Source: Candidatus Polarisedimenticolaceae bacterium (GTDB taxonomy: Bacteria > Acidobacteriota > Polarisedimenticolia > Polarisedimenticolales > DASUFT01). Taken from it: a stretch of 64,000 nucleotides of DNA. The DNA lies in the NCBI GenBank assembly GCA_036274395.1, contig DASUFT010000057.1:79-64078 (forward strand). The letters are read 5' to 3'. The notes under the pieces were generated by a model. It was not told the origin of the DNA. It worked only from the letters and a program-made list of their open reading frames with translations, and made no database searches. Every line of letters begins with the position of its first letter. Position 1 is the stretch's first letter. Shown here one piece after another: positions 37,469 to 46,251 of this stretch. Both the position numbers and the translations under genes were made by a program.

Positions 37469-37491
37469 GGGCCGCCTCCTACATGCCCGTT

Positions 37492-37517
37492 CTTTCTACT
37501 ACTGGCGTAGTAGAAAG
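37492..37517. promoter_or_regulatory. Probable BlaI-type operator, a perfect 11-bp inverted repeat with a 4-bp spacer
   Basis: The sequence ctttctactac-tggc-gtagtagaaag lies 24 bp upstream of the blaI-like start, in the only AT-enriched patch of this intergenic region. It contains the TAC/GTA half-site core seen in BlaI/MecI-family operators. Confidence 0.6.
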
Positions 37518-37528
37518 GCAAGCCCTTC

Positions 37529-38551
37529 TCAGGCGGTCAGGGCGTGCGCGCTCTCCGGCGTGGCGACCACCGCGGGGATCCCACCGGCCTCGATCAGCCC
37601 GGCCGCGTAGAGGTGGGCGCGCAGCAGACCATGGAGCAGATCGAGCGCCGCCCCCGAGCGCTTCCACCGCGACGCGGCCTCCAGCACCAGGACCCCTGCC
37701 GTCCCTGCCAGGGAGGCCAGCGCCGACCCCCGCAGCGTCGCCTGGAAGAACCGCCGCTGGAGAGGTCCCAGCTCGTCCAGGCGCCCCAGCATCAGCCAGG
37801 AGCGCAGTTCCGGGTGGTGGCGCACGAGGTTCACGTCGGCCACGGCCGCCTGTCGGATGTCCCGGGCGAGATCACGGAAGGTCTTGGTGTAGAGCTGGTG
37901 CGCCACCGCCTGGGGCAGGTAGCGCAGGGGGATCCCCTTCAGGCGCGCGCGCCAGCCGAAATCGATGTCCTCGCCCCCGAAGCATCCTCCCCCGGTGAAC
38001 AGGGGGTCGAAGCCTCCCAGGGCGTCGAACACCGTGCGGCTGACGGAGAGGTGCCCCCCCAGCACCTCGTCCGGGGAGACCGTCGCCGCCTGCCGCAGCT
38101 GCCGATCCCGGCGCCGTGCCCATGCCGCCAGTCCCGCCGAGAGGAAGGAGCGAGGACTGTCCTGGTGCACGGGCACGGCGCCGTAGGCGATCCCCCCCGG
38201 TGCGATGCGATGCGCGCGCAGATGGCGCTGGAGCAGATCGGGAGACGCGATCATGTCGTCGTCGAGGAAGAGGAGGAGGGGAGCGGTGGTCCGGGCCACA
38301 CCGGCATTGCGCGCCGCGGAAGCGCCCGAGCAGGCCTGCTCCGTGACCACGAGGTTCAAGCCCCGCGGCTGACTGGGTCCGTAGCGGCCCCGGGCCTCCG
38401 ACGCCGTGCCGTCGGTGCACCCGTCGCAGACGAGGGAGACCTCGAAGCGCGCCGCCTCCAGGCGCTGCGCGGCGAGCGCCGCCAGCACGCGCAGGACGAG
38501 CTCCCGCCGCTGGTGTGTGGGGATGACGACCGCGATCTCCGGACCGCCCAT
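37529..38551 (-). CDS. Family 2 glycosyltransferase (340 aa)
   Basis: IAVVIPTHQRRELVLRVLAAL..., the DxD-like LLLFLDDDM, and GGEDIDFGWR are all typical of the GT2 family. Confidence 0.85.
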   Translation of the reverse strand: MGGPEIAVVIPTHQRRELVLRVLAALAAQRLEAARFEVSLVCDGCTDGTASEARGRYGPSQPRGLNLVVTEQACSGASAARNAGVARTTAPLLLFLDDDMIASPDLLQRHLRAHRIAPGGIAYGAVPVHQDSPRSFLSAGLAAWARRRDRQLRQAATVSPDEVLGGHLSVSRTVFDALGGFDPLFTGGGCFGGEDIDFGWRARLKGIPLRYLPQAVAHQLYTKTFRDLARDIRQAAVADVNLVRHHPELRSWLMLGRLDELGPLQRRFFQATLRGSALASLAGTAGVLVLEAASRWKRSGAALDLLHGLLRAHLYAAGLIEAGGIPAVVATPESAHALTA

Positions 38552-38721
38552 CGAGGCGCCCCTGTCCTGCCCCCTCCGCCAATGCGGCCATCGAGGAGGT
38601 ACGCCGTCGCGGAGGCTTGTGAAAGCACGATTGTCGTCATGCCGTGCGCGCCGCCAGGACCTTTCTGGATGCTTCTGGTCCGGTCCCCGGCGGGGTTACA
38701 CTTGCCGCTTCCCGGGAAGCC

Positions 38722-40569
38722 ATGAGGACCGACGTCCACGGCGAGAAGGTCATCACCGCGGAGCAGGCCGCCCGCCTGGTGAAGCCGGGCGACCACGTCT
38801 TCGTGGGGACGGCGTGCGCCGCGCCGCGCACCATCCTCTCGGCGCTGGAAGCGCTGGACCCGCCCCCGCCCGGCGTCACCCTCCATCACTTCCTCACCAC
38901 CGGGGTGTACGAGGCCGGCGCATCCCCCGGGGGGACGCGCTACGTCCATCGGGCGCTCTTCATCGGCACGGACATGAAGCCGCTGGTCCCCGGCGGCAAG
39001 GCGGATTACGTCCCCATCCGCCTGCTGGAGGTGCCGCGTCTCCTGGAGAGCCGCCGGCTCGTTCACGACGTGGCGTTCATCCAGGTCTCGGAACCGGACG
39101 GCAACGGCTTCGTGAGCCTGGGGATCTCGGTGGACATCACGATGGCGGTGGTGCGCCATGCCCGCATGGTGGTGGCCGAGGTCAACCCCCACATGCCCTG
39201 GACGCACGGCGACACGTTCGTTCATCTCTCCGACATCGCCCACCTCGTCCCCGTCGATCATGCCCTGCCGACCTTCGCGCACGCGGTGGCGGACGACATC
39301 GCCCATCAGATCGCGCGCTACATCGCCGGGGTCATCGAGGACGGCTCCACGCTGCAGATCGGGCTGGGCCGCATCCCCAACCAGGCCTTGCGCTACCTGG
39401 CGGACCGCCGGGACCTGGGGATCCATTCGGACGTGATCACCGACGGGGTGGCCGAGCTGATCCGCGCCGGTGTCGTGACCGGCGCCCGGAAGACGGTGCA
39501 CCGGAGACAGGTGGTGGCCAGCTACTGCCTGGGCAGCCAGGAGCTCTATGGCCTGGTGGACAGGAACCCCGCGTTTCTCTTCCAGCCCGTGGAGGAGGTG
39601 TGCAACCCGGCCGTGATCGCCGCCCAGAACCGGATGGTGTCCATGACCCAGGCCTTCGCCATCGACCTCACCGGTCAGACCAGCATCGATCAGTTTCAGG
39701 GCGAGTTCTACGGCGGGGTGTCCACCCAGCCGGACTTCATGAGGGGCGCCAGCCTGGCCCGCGATGGCAAGCCCATCATCTGCATGGCCTCCACCACCGA
39801 CGACGGGAGGACGTCGCGCATCCGGCCCCTGCTGGGGGAAGGAGACGGCGTGGGGATTCCGCGCTCCGACGTGCACTACGTGATCACCGAGTACGGCATC
39901 GCCTATCTGTTCGGGAAGTCCATCCAGGAGCGCGCCATGGCCCTCACGGAGATCGCGCACCCCGCGTTCCGCCCCTGGCTCCTCGAGGAAGGCAAGCGCC
40001 TGGGTTACCTGACCGCCAAGCAGCGGCCGGTCCACGCCCCCCGGTACGAGATCGGCGAGGAGCGATCGGTGACGCTCGAGGGTGGCCGTGCGGTGCTGCT
40101 GCGGCCCGCGCGCACGATCGACGCCCGCGCCCTGCAGGGTCTCTTCCATCGCTTGCCGCCGGAGGACGTCTACACCCGGTTCTTCCGCCGGCTCAAGTCC
40201 CTGTCCATCGAGGAGGCCGAGAACCTCTGCAACGTGGACCAGGAGTCGGAGGTGGCGTTCGTGGCCGTGGCCGGCCCCCGTGAGAACGAGACCGTGGTGG
40301 GGAGCGCCTGCTACTTCGTCAACCACACCAGCAACATGGCCGAGACCGCGTTCATGATCGATCCGGAGTGGCAGGGGGTGGGCCTGGGGAGCGCGTTGCA
40401 GACGAGGATGAAGGAGCACGCCCTGGCCCGGGGCCTGCGAGGGTTCATCGCCGAGGTCCTGGCCACGAACGAGAAGATGATCCGCCTGGCCCGGGCCGCC
40501 TCCGACGACGTGCGCATCGAGGGCGACGGGAGCACGTGCCGGATCTCGATGCTGTTCCGGAGCCCCTAG
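38722..40569 (+). CDS. Acetyl-CoA hydrolase/transferase-family domain fused to a C-terminal GNAT acetyltransferase domain (615 aa)
   Basis: The start was trimmed to MRTDVHGEKVITAEQAARLVKPGD. The CoA-transferase-like part contains STLQIGLGRIPNQAL, IHSDVITDG and GGVSTQPDFMRGA. The GNAT-like tail reads FVAVAG...VVGSACYF...AFMIDPEWQGVGLGSALQTRMKEHALARGLRGF. Confidence 0.8.
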   Translation: MRTDVHGEKVITAEQAARLVKPGDHVFVGTACAAPRTILSALEALDPPPPGVTLHHFLTTGVYEAGASPGGTRYVHRALFIGTDMKPLVPGGKADYVPIRLLEVPRLLESRRLVHDVAFIQVSEPDGNGFVSLGISVDITMAVVRHARMVVAEVNPHMPWTHGDTFVHLSDIAHLVPVDHALPTFAHAVADDIAHQIARYIAGVIEDGSTLQIGLGRIPNQALRYLADRRDLGIHSDVITDGVAELIRAGVVTGARKTVHRRQVVASYCLGSQELYGLVDRNPAFLFQPVEEVCNPAVIAAQNRMVSMTQAFAIDLTGQTSIDQFQGEFYGGVSTQPDFMRGASLARDGKPIICMASTTDDGRTSRIRPLLGEGDGVGIPRSDVHYVITEYGIAYLFGKSIQERAMALTEIAHPAFRPWLLEEGKRLGYLTAKQRPVHAPRYEIGEERSVTLEGGRAVLLRPARTIDARALQGLFHRLPPEDVYTRFFRRLKSLSIEEAENLCNVDQESEVAFVAVAGPRENETVVGSACYFVNHTSNMAETAFMIDPEWQGVGLGSALQTRMKEHALARGLRGFIAEVLATNEKMIRLARAASDDVRIEGDGSTCRISMLFRSP

Positions 40570-40570
40570 C

Positions 40571-41164
40571 CTAGGGAACGATGATGGTGTCTCCCGGCTT
40601 CAGCTCGATGTTCAGCTCGGAGCGCTCCCCGCTGACCAGCTTGCGATAGTCGATCTCGGTGCGCACCTCCCGGCCACCCTCCTCGCGCGCCACCACGATC
40701 TTCTTGCTGGCATAGGGAGAGAGACCGCCCGCCATGGCGATGGCCTGAAGAAGGCGCATCCGCCGCTTCAGGGCCAGCTCTCCCTGCTTCCCCACCTCGC
40801 CGATGAGGTAGATCTTGAAGCTGTTGATCTGCTCCACGGTGACGGTGACGAGCGGCTCGTTGACGTACCGGGCCAGCCCCTCGGCGATCGCGGCGGAGAG
40901 CTGGCCCGGCGTCTTGCCCGACGCCTGCAGGTCGCCCACCAGGGGCACGGTGATCTTTCCGTCCGGCCGTACGTTCACGTTCTTCGAGAGCTCGGCCTCT
41001 TTCCAGACCGACACCGACAGGACGTCCTCCACCCCGATGAGGTAGTCGGCGCTCGCCGGGGCCGATCGGCGCCCGGCATCGTCCTGCGCGAGCAGGGGCA
41101 CGGGGGAGAGAGACCCCCACAGCGTCGCCATGAGGAAGACGGGAACGGGCAGGGAGGCTCTCAT
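40571..41164 (-). CDS. Polysaccharide export (Wza-like Poly_export plus SLBB) periplasmic/outer-membrane protein (197 aa)
   Basis: The start was trimmed to MRASLPVPVFLMATLWG. The Poly_export pattern is YLIGVEDVLSVSVW...VRPDGKITVPLVGDLQASGKTPGQL. It is followed by the SLBB-like segment IYLIGEVGKQGEL...LLQAIAMAGGL. Confidence 0.85.
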   Translation of the reverse strand: MRASLPVPVFLMATLWGSLSPVPLLAQDDAGRRSAPASADYLIGVEDVLSVSVWKEAELSKNVNVRPDGKITVPLVGDLQASGKTPGQLSAAIAEGLARYVNEPLVTVTVEQINSFKIYLIGEVGKQGELALKRRMRLLQAIAMAGGLSPYASKKIVVAREEGGREVRTEIDYRKLVSGERSELNIELKPGDTIIVP

Positions 41165-41292
41165 CGGGCCGATCATAAGCCCCGGGGAGCCCCGGTCGCA
41201 GCAGTGGACGGAATCGATCCCCGGGAGCCCAGTTCGAGATTGCCGGCGAGCGGCGGTGGCCGTACGATCCGCCCGACGCGCGGGGGGACCGA

Positions 41293-44200
41293 ATGCGAGC
41301 GTTTGCCGCCGTGTGCCTTCCTCTCGCCGTGCTCGCGGCGCGCGCGGCCCAGCCAGAACCGATCTCCGAGCGCACGCTGAGCGTCGCCGTGGTCGTGCAC
41401 CGGGACGGCGCCGCCCTGGCGGCTTACACGGTGAAGGCACGGCCGTTCCTGGCCGCGGAGGGCGCGACCAGCGCCTCGCAGCAGCTGGAGGTGGTGCTCC
41501 GTGGGCCGGAGGGGGCCGCCATCGTGCGCACGCAGCCGATCCAGGGGCTCTGCCTGGAGCACCCGCGCGGCGCGGAGCCCCACATCACCGGCGACACCAT
41601 CCTGCTCCACGAGGAGACCTTCGTCGTGGAGCTGCCGGAGCTTCCCGGCTTCGACCAGGTCTCGGTCGGCGTCCAGGAGGACACGGGCAAGGCGTCCCGG
41701 TCCATGGCCCTGGGCACGTTCGCCCTCGACGCCGGGCACTTCCAGCGCGCGGCCGGCGAGCTGGCGTACGAGGACCTGGCGATCGCCGGGCAAGGGGTGG
41801 ATCTCCCGGTGGGCTCGCCCGCGCCGTTCGCGGCCACCGTGCACTGGCCCGAGGAGTACAGCGACCCGGACGTCTACCGCGTCTACGGCGACGCCGCGGA
41901 GGTGGCCCGGCGCATCAACGTGGTGATCGTCCCCGACGGCTATCGCTACCAGGACAAAGCGCTGATGGAGAGCCACGCCGCGGCGCTGGTGGCGAGCTTC
42001 CGGGCCAAGACCCCTTTCGCGCAGCACGACTCCTTCTTCAATTACATCCTGGTCTACGCGTACTCCACGGCCAGCGGCACCGATCAGTGTGACTGCTCCG
42101 TCGTGGCCGACACGGCGATGGGCACTCGATTCCCGTTCGGCAACGGCATCTGCGGGCACTCGGACAATCGCTGCCTGTACTACGGCTCCGGCTGCGACAG
42201 CGACGGCCAGTTCAACATCGCCAGCGCCGAGCTGCGCGCGCCCGCCATGGACGAGAGCGTGGTGATGGTCAACACCACCCGCTACGGAGGGTGCGGGGGG
42301 CAGCGCGCCGTCTACTCGGCGGGGCACAGCGCGGGGCCGGACGTCGTCACCCACGAGCTGGGCCACTCCTTCAACGGCTTGGCGGACGAGTACGACGGCA
42401 CCGCGGCCTGCGGCACCTCGGCGGGCGAGATCAACACGTCACGCAACGCCTCCACCGGTGCCTGGCCCGAGTGGATCTCCCAGATCGGTGCGCCCTGGCA
42501 GGGCGCGCAGTACTACAACCAGTGCCTCTACCGGCCGCTGTCGAACTGTCACATGCGCTCTCTCGGTCCGGCGTTCTGCCCGGTGTGCATCCAGCACCTG
42601 TCCCTGGGGGTGTTCGGCCACTTCCGCGTTCATCCCACGGCGCCCATCACCTCGGCGACGCCCGAGCCCACGCCCACGCTCCCCGTGGGCCTGCCCAACC
42701 ACTTCGAGGTCGTGACGCGGCTCCCCCAGGGGGGCATCAACGCCATCACCTGGACCGTTAGCGGCCCGGCCAACCCCACGCCCGTGGTGGTGCAAACCGA
42801 CTGGCCCTACCTCGACTACGTGTTCCCCCAGGAGGGCCAGTACCAGGTGAGCTGCGAGGTGATCGCGGACACGAACTTCATCAAGCCCTCCAGGTACGGC
42901 GCCAACCGCGACACCCAGTTCTGGCTGGTGACGGCGACCTGCGTGGGGGGCGGGGGCAGCGGCCTGCCCGACGGCGACGGGGACACGGTGGCGGACGTCT
43001 GCGACAACTGTCCGCTCCTGCCCAACCAGGCCCAGACGGACAGCGACGGCGACGGTGAGGGCGACGCGTGCGACGGCTGTCCGCTCGATCCCGGGAACGA
43101 CGGCGACGGAGACGGCCTCTGCGCCGAGGTGGACAACTGTCCCGGCCTCGCCAACCCCGGCCAGGAGGATGGCGACGGAGACGGGGCGGGGGACGCCTGC
43201 GACAACTGCCTCGCGCTCGCCAACCCCGGCCAGGAGGAGAGCGACGGCGACGGCGTGGGGGACGCCTGCGACAACTGCCCCGCGGCGGGGAATGCCGGCC
43301 AGCAGGAGAGCGACGGAGATGGGGTGGGGGACGCCTGCGACAACTGCCTCCTCAATCCCAACGGCGGCCAGGAGAACCTCGACGGAGACCCGAACGGCGA
43401 CGTGTGCGACAACTGCCCCACCGTGGCCAACGCCAATCAGTTCAACGGGGACGGTGACGGCCTCGGAGATGCCTGCGATCCCTGTCCCGCCGACCCGCTG
43501 AACGACATCGACGGGGACGGGCGATGCGCGCAGGTGGACAATTGCCCCTTCGCCGCCAACCCCGGTCAGGCCGACTCCGAGCTGGCGCCCCCCGCCGCCC
43601 TGGTGCAGTGGGCGTCTTTGGTCACCGCCAGCAGTCAGTGGACGGCGGACGAGTACTCGGCGATGCAGGCGGCCGGTCCGCCCCAGTATCCCGGCCAGTG
43701 CGTCGATGCGCCCTCCAACTGGTCGCCTGCCACGGACACGTCGAACCCCGAGTGGCTCGAGCTCGTGTATGCGACCCCCGTGCTGGCGAGCGCCGTCTCC
43801 GTCCACGAGCAGACGGAAGCACCGTTCGTGACCGCCGTCCAGCTGCGGGGGACGGACGATGCCTTGCGCACGGTGTGGGCGGCGGCGGATACGACGCTGT
43901 GCGGAGAGACGCTCGAGGTGGCCTTCTCCCCCCGTCCCTACCTGGCGGACGCGGTCGTGGTGCGGACGGCGGCCCCCTTCTTCGAGGAGGTCGATGCCGT
44001 GGGCCTGGAAGGTGTGGGCCGGGTCGCGGTTCCCGACGGCGTGGGGGATGCCTGCGACAACTGCGCCGGCTCCCCGAACGCCGGCCAGAGCGACTCCGAC
44101 GGCGATGGGGTCGGCGACGCGTGTGACTGCGCTCCCACGGATCCGGCATCCGCGGGGCCGGGCGGGGTGACCGGTCTCGTGGTCGCCAAGCCGACGCCCG

Positions 44201-44472
44201 ATACCGCTCGGCTGAGCTGGACGGCGGTCCCGGGCGCGGAGGCGTACTCCATCACGCGTACCGGCCTGGCCGAGGTGGGGACGTGGGCGTACGGACCGTG
44301 CCTGGCGGAGGGCATCGCCGGGACCGCGTTCGACGATCCGGCGCTCCCGGCCTCCGGGCAGGGTTACGTGTATCTCATCCAGCCCTGGACGGAAGCGTGC
44401 GGCGCGGGCACGCTGGGGGAGCAGGCGCCGGGGAACGAGCGCTTCAACGCCGACCCCGACCGCTGCCGCTAG
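41293..44472 (+). CDS. Secreted M64-like zinc metalloprotease (1059 aa) with thrombospondin type 3 repeats, a galactose-binding-like domain and the shared C-terminal module
   Basis: Signal peptide [35 protein letters not shown] is the M64-type HExxH...DEY motif. At least 7 TSP3 units (DxDxDGxGDxCDNC) are present. The C-terminus reads ...[38 protein letters not shown]-stop. Confidence 0.88.
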   Translation: MRAFAAVCLPLAVLAARAAQPEPISERTLSVAVVVHRDGAALAAYTVKARPFLAAEGATSASQQLEVVLRGPEGAAIVRTQPIQGLCLEHPRGAEPHITGDTILLHEETFVVELPELPGFDQVSVGVQEDTGKASRSMALGTFALDAGHFQRAAGELAYEDLAIAGQGVDLPVGSPAPFAATVHWPEEYSDPDVYRVYGDAAEVARRINVVIVPDGYRYQDKALMESHAAALVASFRAKTPFAQHDSFFNYILVYAYSTASGTDQCDCSVVADTAMGTRFPFGNGICGHSDNRCLYYGSGCDSDGQFNIASAELRAPAMDESVVMVNTTRYGGCGGQRAVYSAGHSAGPDVVTHELGHSFNGLADEYDGTAACGTSAGEINTSRNASTGAWPEWISQIGAPWQGAQYYNQCLYRPLSNCHMRSLGPAFCPVCIQHLSLGVFGHFRVHPTAPITSATPEPTPTLPVGLPNHFEVVTRLPQGGINAITWTVSGPANPTPVVVQTDWPYLDYVFPQEGQYQVSCEVIADTNFIKPSRYGANRDTQFWLVTATCVGGGGSGLPDGDGDTVADVCDNCPLLPNQAQTDSDGDGEGDACDGCPLDPGNDGDGDGLCAEVDNCPGLANPGQEDGDGDGAGDACDNCLALANPGQEESDGDGVGDACDNCPAAGNAGQQESDGDGVGDACDNCLLNPNGGQENLDGDPNGDVCDNCPTVANANQFNGDGDGLGDACDPCPADPLNDIDGDGRCAQVDNCPFAANPGQADSELAPPAALVQWASLVTASSQWTADEYSAMQAAGPPQYPGQCVDAPSNWSPATDTSNPEWLELVYATPVLASAVSVHEQTEAPFVTAVQLRGTDDALRTVWAAADTTLCGETLEVAFSPRPYLADAVVVRTAAPFFEEVDAVGLEGVGRVAVPDGVGDACDNCAGSPNAGQSDSDGDGVGDACDCAPTDPASAGPGGVTGLVVAKPTPDTARLSWTAVPGAEAYSITRTGLAEVGTWAYGPCLAEGIAGTAFDDPALPASGQGYVYLIQPWTEACGAGTLGEQAPGNERFNADPDRCR
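43003..43480 (+). repeat. In-frame tandem coding repeats (mostly 69-bp / 23-aa units) encoding thrombospondin type 3 calcium-binding repeats
   Basis: Units recur with the pattern gacaactg(c/t)c...ggccag...gacgg(c/a)ga(c/t)gg...gg(g/c)ga(c/t)gc(c/g)tgc. They translate to DNCPxxxNPxQxxxDGDGxGDAC. Confidence 0.8.
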
Positions 44473-45365
44473 AGGGGCCCTTCCAGGGCCAGCCCCTCCC
44501 GGATCTTCTCCTGGATCTTGCGGATGAAGCGGCCGCGGACGCTCTCGGAGTAGCCGGCGGCGCGGAACGCATCGTCCATCTGGCGGGGACTGAGGCCGGC
44601 GAGCAGGCGGCAAGCCCAGACCACGTCGTCCCGCCTCACCTGGCCTCGCAACCTGGGATGGCGCCACTGCAGCGCCAGGTGCACCTGCTGCTCCGAGACC
44701 CCGAGGATGAACTTCGTCCGTTCGTAGCCGTCGACGTCGTTCCGTGTCCCGGCGCGGATGCTGGGCTTCCCCAGCGCCGCCCCCAGGTCCTGCACCACGT
44801 AGCGCCGGCGGGGACCGGGCACGTCCTCGTCCATCGTGTAGATCCGGTTCTGGCCGCTGTCCAGGTCCCAGTTGTCGAGGAGGACGTTGATCACGAAGAG
44901 GCCGTGCAGGGGCTGCGTGCCGCTGAACGGGTTCCGGCGCCACGGCCAGTCACCCTCCTTCTCGTGATCGGACTCGAGGCGGAAGCGGCCGGGGGCAGGA
45001 TGCCCGGTGGGGCCGCCGGTCATGCGCCAGTCGTCCACGTAATAGGTGACCGGCTGGTGGAACCCGACGGCCCAGAGGATGCGGGAGACGACGAGCTCGG
45101 CCTGGGCCTCTTCCCCGATCTTCACGTCCCAGTGCCGTCCCCCGGCGTCGATGACCTCGTAGCCGCCGGAGTGGCCCTCCCTGTCCTCGGACACGAACCG
45201 GAACGGCCCGTCGGCGGGTGCGAGCGCCGTTCCACCCGGGCCGTGGAACAGATCGCGAGAGGAGAGGTCCTGCGGCGGCTCCCACAGCTGCTCCAGTGGG
45301 GCCTTCTCCGCGGCTGCGAGGGGGAGGAAGAGCGCGGCCAGGAGGAGGGGGGCGGCTCGACTCAT
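44469..45365 (-). CDS. Secreted conserved hypothetical protein (298 aa)
   Basis: Signal peptide [19 protein letters not shown]. The composition is not low-complexity ([48 protein letters not shown]). The stop codon overlaps the M64 stop within a CTAG tetranucleotide. Confidence 0.65.
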   Translation of the reverse strand: MSRAAPLLLAALFLPLAAAEKAPLEQLWEPPQDLSSRDLFHGPGGTALAPADGPFRFVSEDREGHSGGYEVIDAGGRHWDVKIGEEAQAELVVSRILWAVGFHQPVTYYVDDWRMTGGPTGHPAPGRFRLESDHEKEGDWPWRRNPFSGTQPLHGLFVINVLLDNWDLDSGQNRIYTMDEDVPGPRRRYVVQDLGAALGKPSIRAGTRNDVDGYERTKFILGVSEQQVHLALQWRHPRLRGQVRRDDVVWACRLLAGLSPRQMDDAFRAAGYSESVRGRFIRKIQEKIREGLALEGPL

Positions 45366-45380
45366 CTCCAGCCTTGCCGG

Positions 45381-45406
45381 GGCGGCCCGGCACCCGCCGG
45401 GCCGCC
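45381..45406 (-). terminator. Perfect 11-bp GC hairpin with a 4-nt loop, downstream of the DsbA-like gene
   Basis: ggcggcccggc (45381-45391), accc, then gccgggccgcc (45396-45406). It starts 9 nt after the stop at 45415. There is no U-tract. Confidence 0.55.
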
Positions 45407-45414
45407 TCCATCGT

Positions 45415-46191
45415 TCAGTTCGCCGCCAGAGCCTTGTCGAGATCCGCCTTGAAGGAGTCGTAGGGCTTGGCGCCCACCATGGCCACGATGCCCTTCACCT
45501 TCTTGGGGTCCTTGGGGTCGGTGAGGGCGATCATGAAGCTCGGGGTGCCGGTGATGCCGCCCTTCTGCGCTTCCTTCATGTCCGCCCGGATCGCTTCGGC
45601 GTGCTTGTCGTTCTTCATGCACGCCTCGAACTCGGGGACCTTCAGGCCGATCGCCTCGGCGTGCCCGTTCCAGGGCTCGAGCGCCTGCTGGTTGGTGAAG
45701 AGGCGATGGTGCATCTCCCAGAACTTGCCCTGGTCACCCGCGCAGCGCACGGCCTCGGCCGCGTCGAAGGCCTTGTTGTGCATGGGCAGGGGCATGTCCA
45801 GCATGGCGTAGCGGATCTTTCCGGAGTCGATGTAGTCGGTCGCGATCTTCGGGTACGTCTCACGGACGTATCTCGAGCAGAACGGTCACTGATAGTCCGT
45901 GAACTCGACCAGGGTCAGCTTGGCGGTGGCGGAGCCCTTGGTGGGGTTCGCTCCCAGGTCGAACACGATGTCCTTGACGTTCGGTCCCGCCGGCGCGGGC
46001 GGGGCCTGCCGCGCCGCCATCAGCTTCTTGATCTCCTCGAGCTGCTTCAGGATCTCCTGCTGTCCCTGCTTGAGCCCGTCGATCTCCTTCCGGAGATCGT
46101 CCTTCGATTCCTGCGCGAGGACGGAGGCGGGAGCGGCCGCCAACAAGGCCGCCAGCGCCGCCCCGGTCCCCCTCGAGATCACCTTCCGCAC
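45415..46191 (-). CDS. DsbA-like thioredoxin-fold oxidoreductase (258 aa). It reads through an in-frame TGA at codon 102, at the first Cys of the CxxC motif, and is a probable selenoprotein (UxxC).
   Basis: Track ORFs 45886..46191 and 45415..45804 are in the same frame (777 nt in total). My translation across the junction reads KLTLVEFTDYQ-TGA-PFCSRYVRETYPKIATDYIDSGKIRYAMLDMPLPMH. The family consensus at this position is EF.DyqCPfC. The gene has a GTG start with AAGGAGG upstream and a signal peptide followed by a coiled-coil N-terminus. Confidence 0.7.
45854..45870 (-). other. Candidate bacterial SECIS-like hairpin downstream of the in-frame UGA
   Basis: The minus-strand RNA reads UGA-CCGUUCUGCUCGAGA-UACGUC-CGUGA-GACGUA. 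This is a 6-bp stem starting 15 nt after the UGA, with a 5-nt apical loop containing GU. A short lower stem (UCG/CGA) is also possible. Confidence 0.4.
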
Positions 46192-46251
46192 GATGTCGCC
46201 TCCTTTGGAATCGTCACGCCGGAGATTGTGGCATGAAACGCCGTCCTCTCG

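Noticed and set aside
43003-43480. Regularly spaced 69-bp DNA repeats (and the 135-bp repeats at 1..430) as a possible CRISPR array or non-coding VNTR
   Set aside because: The units are contiguous with no unique spacers. They are in frame and encode TSP3 (DxDxDGxGDxCDNC) or MopE-like Cys-rich protein repeats inside long ORFs.
45415-46191. Reading the split DsbA-like gene as a pseudogene inactivated by a nonsense mutation
   Set aside because: This is not fully excluded but is disfavoured. The only lesion is a single TGA, and it falls precisely on the catalytic Cys column of the CxxC motif. The frame and conservation are intact on both sides. The start has a strong ribosome-binding site, and a hairpin follows the TGA at a SECIS-compatible distance. 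The presence of sel genes elsewhere in the genome would decide it.
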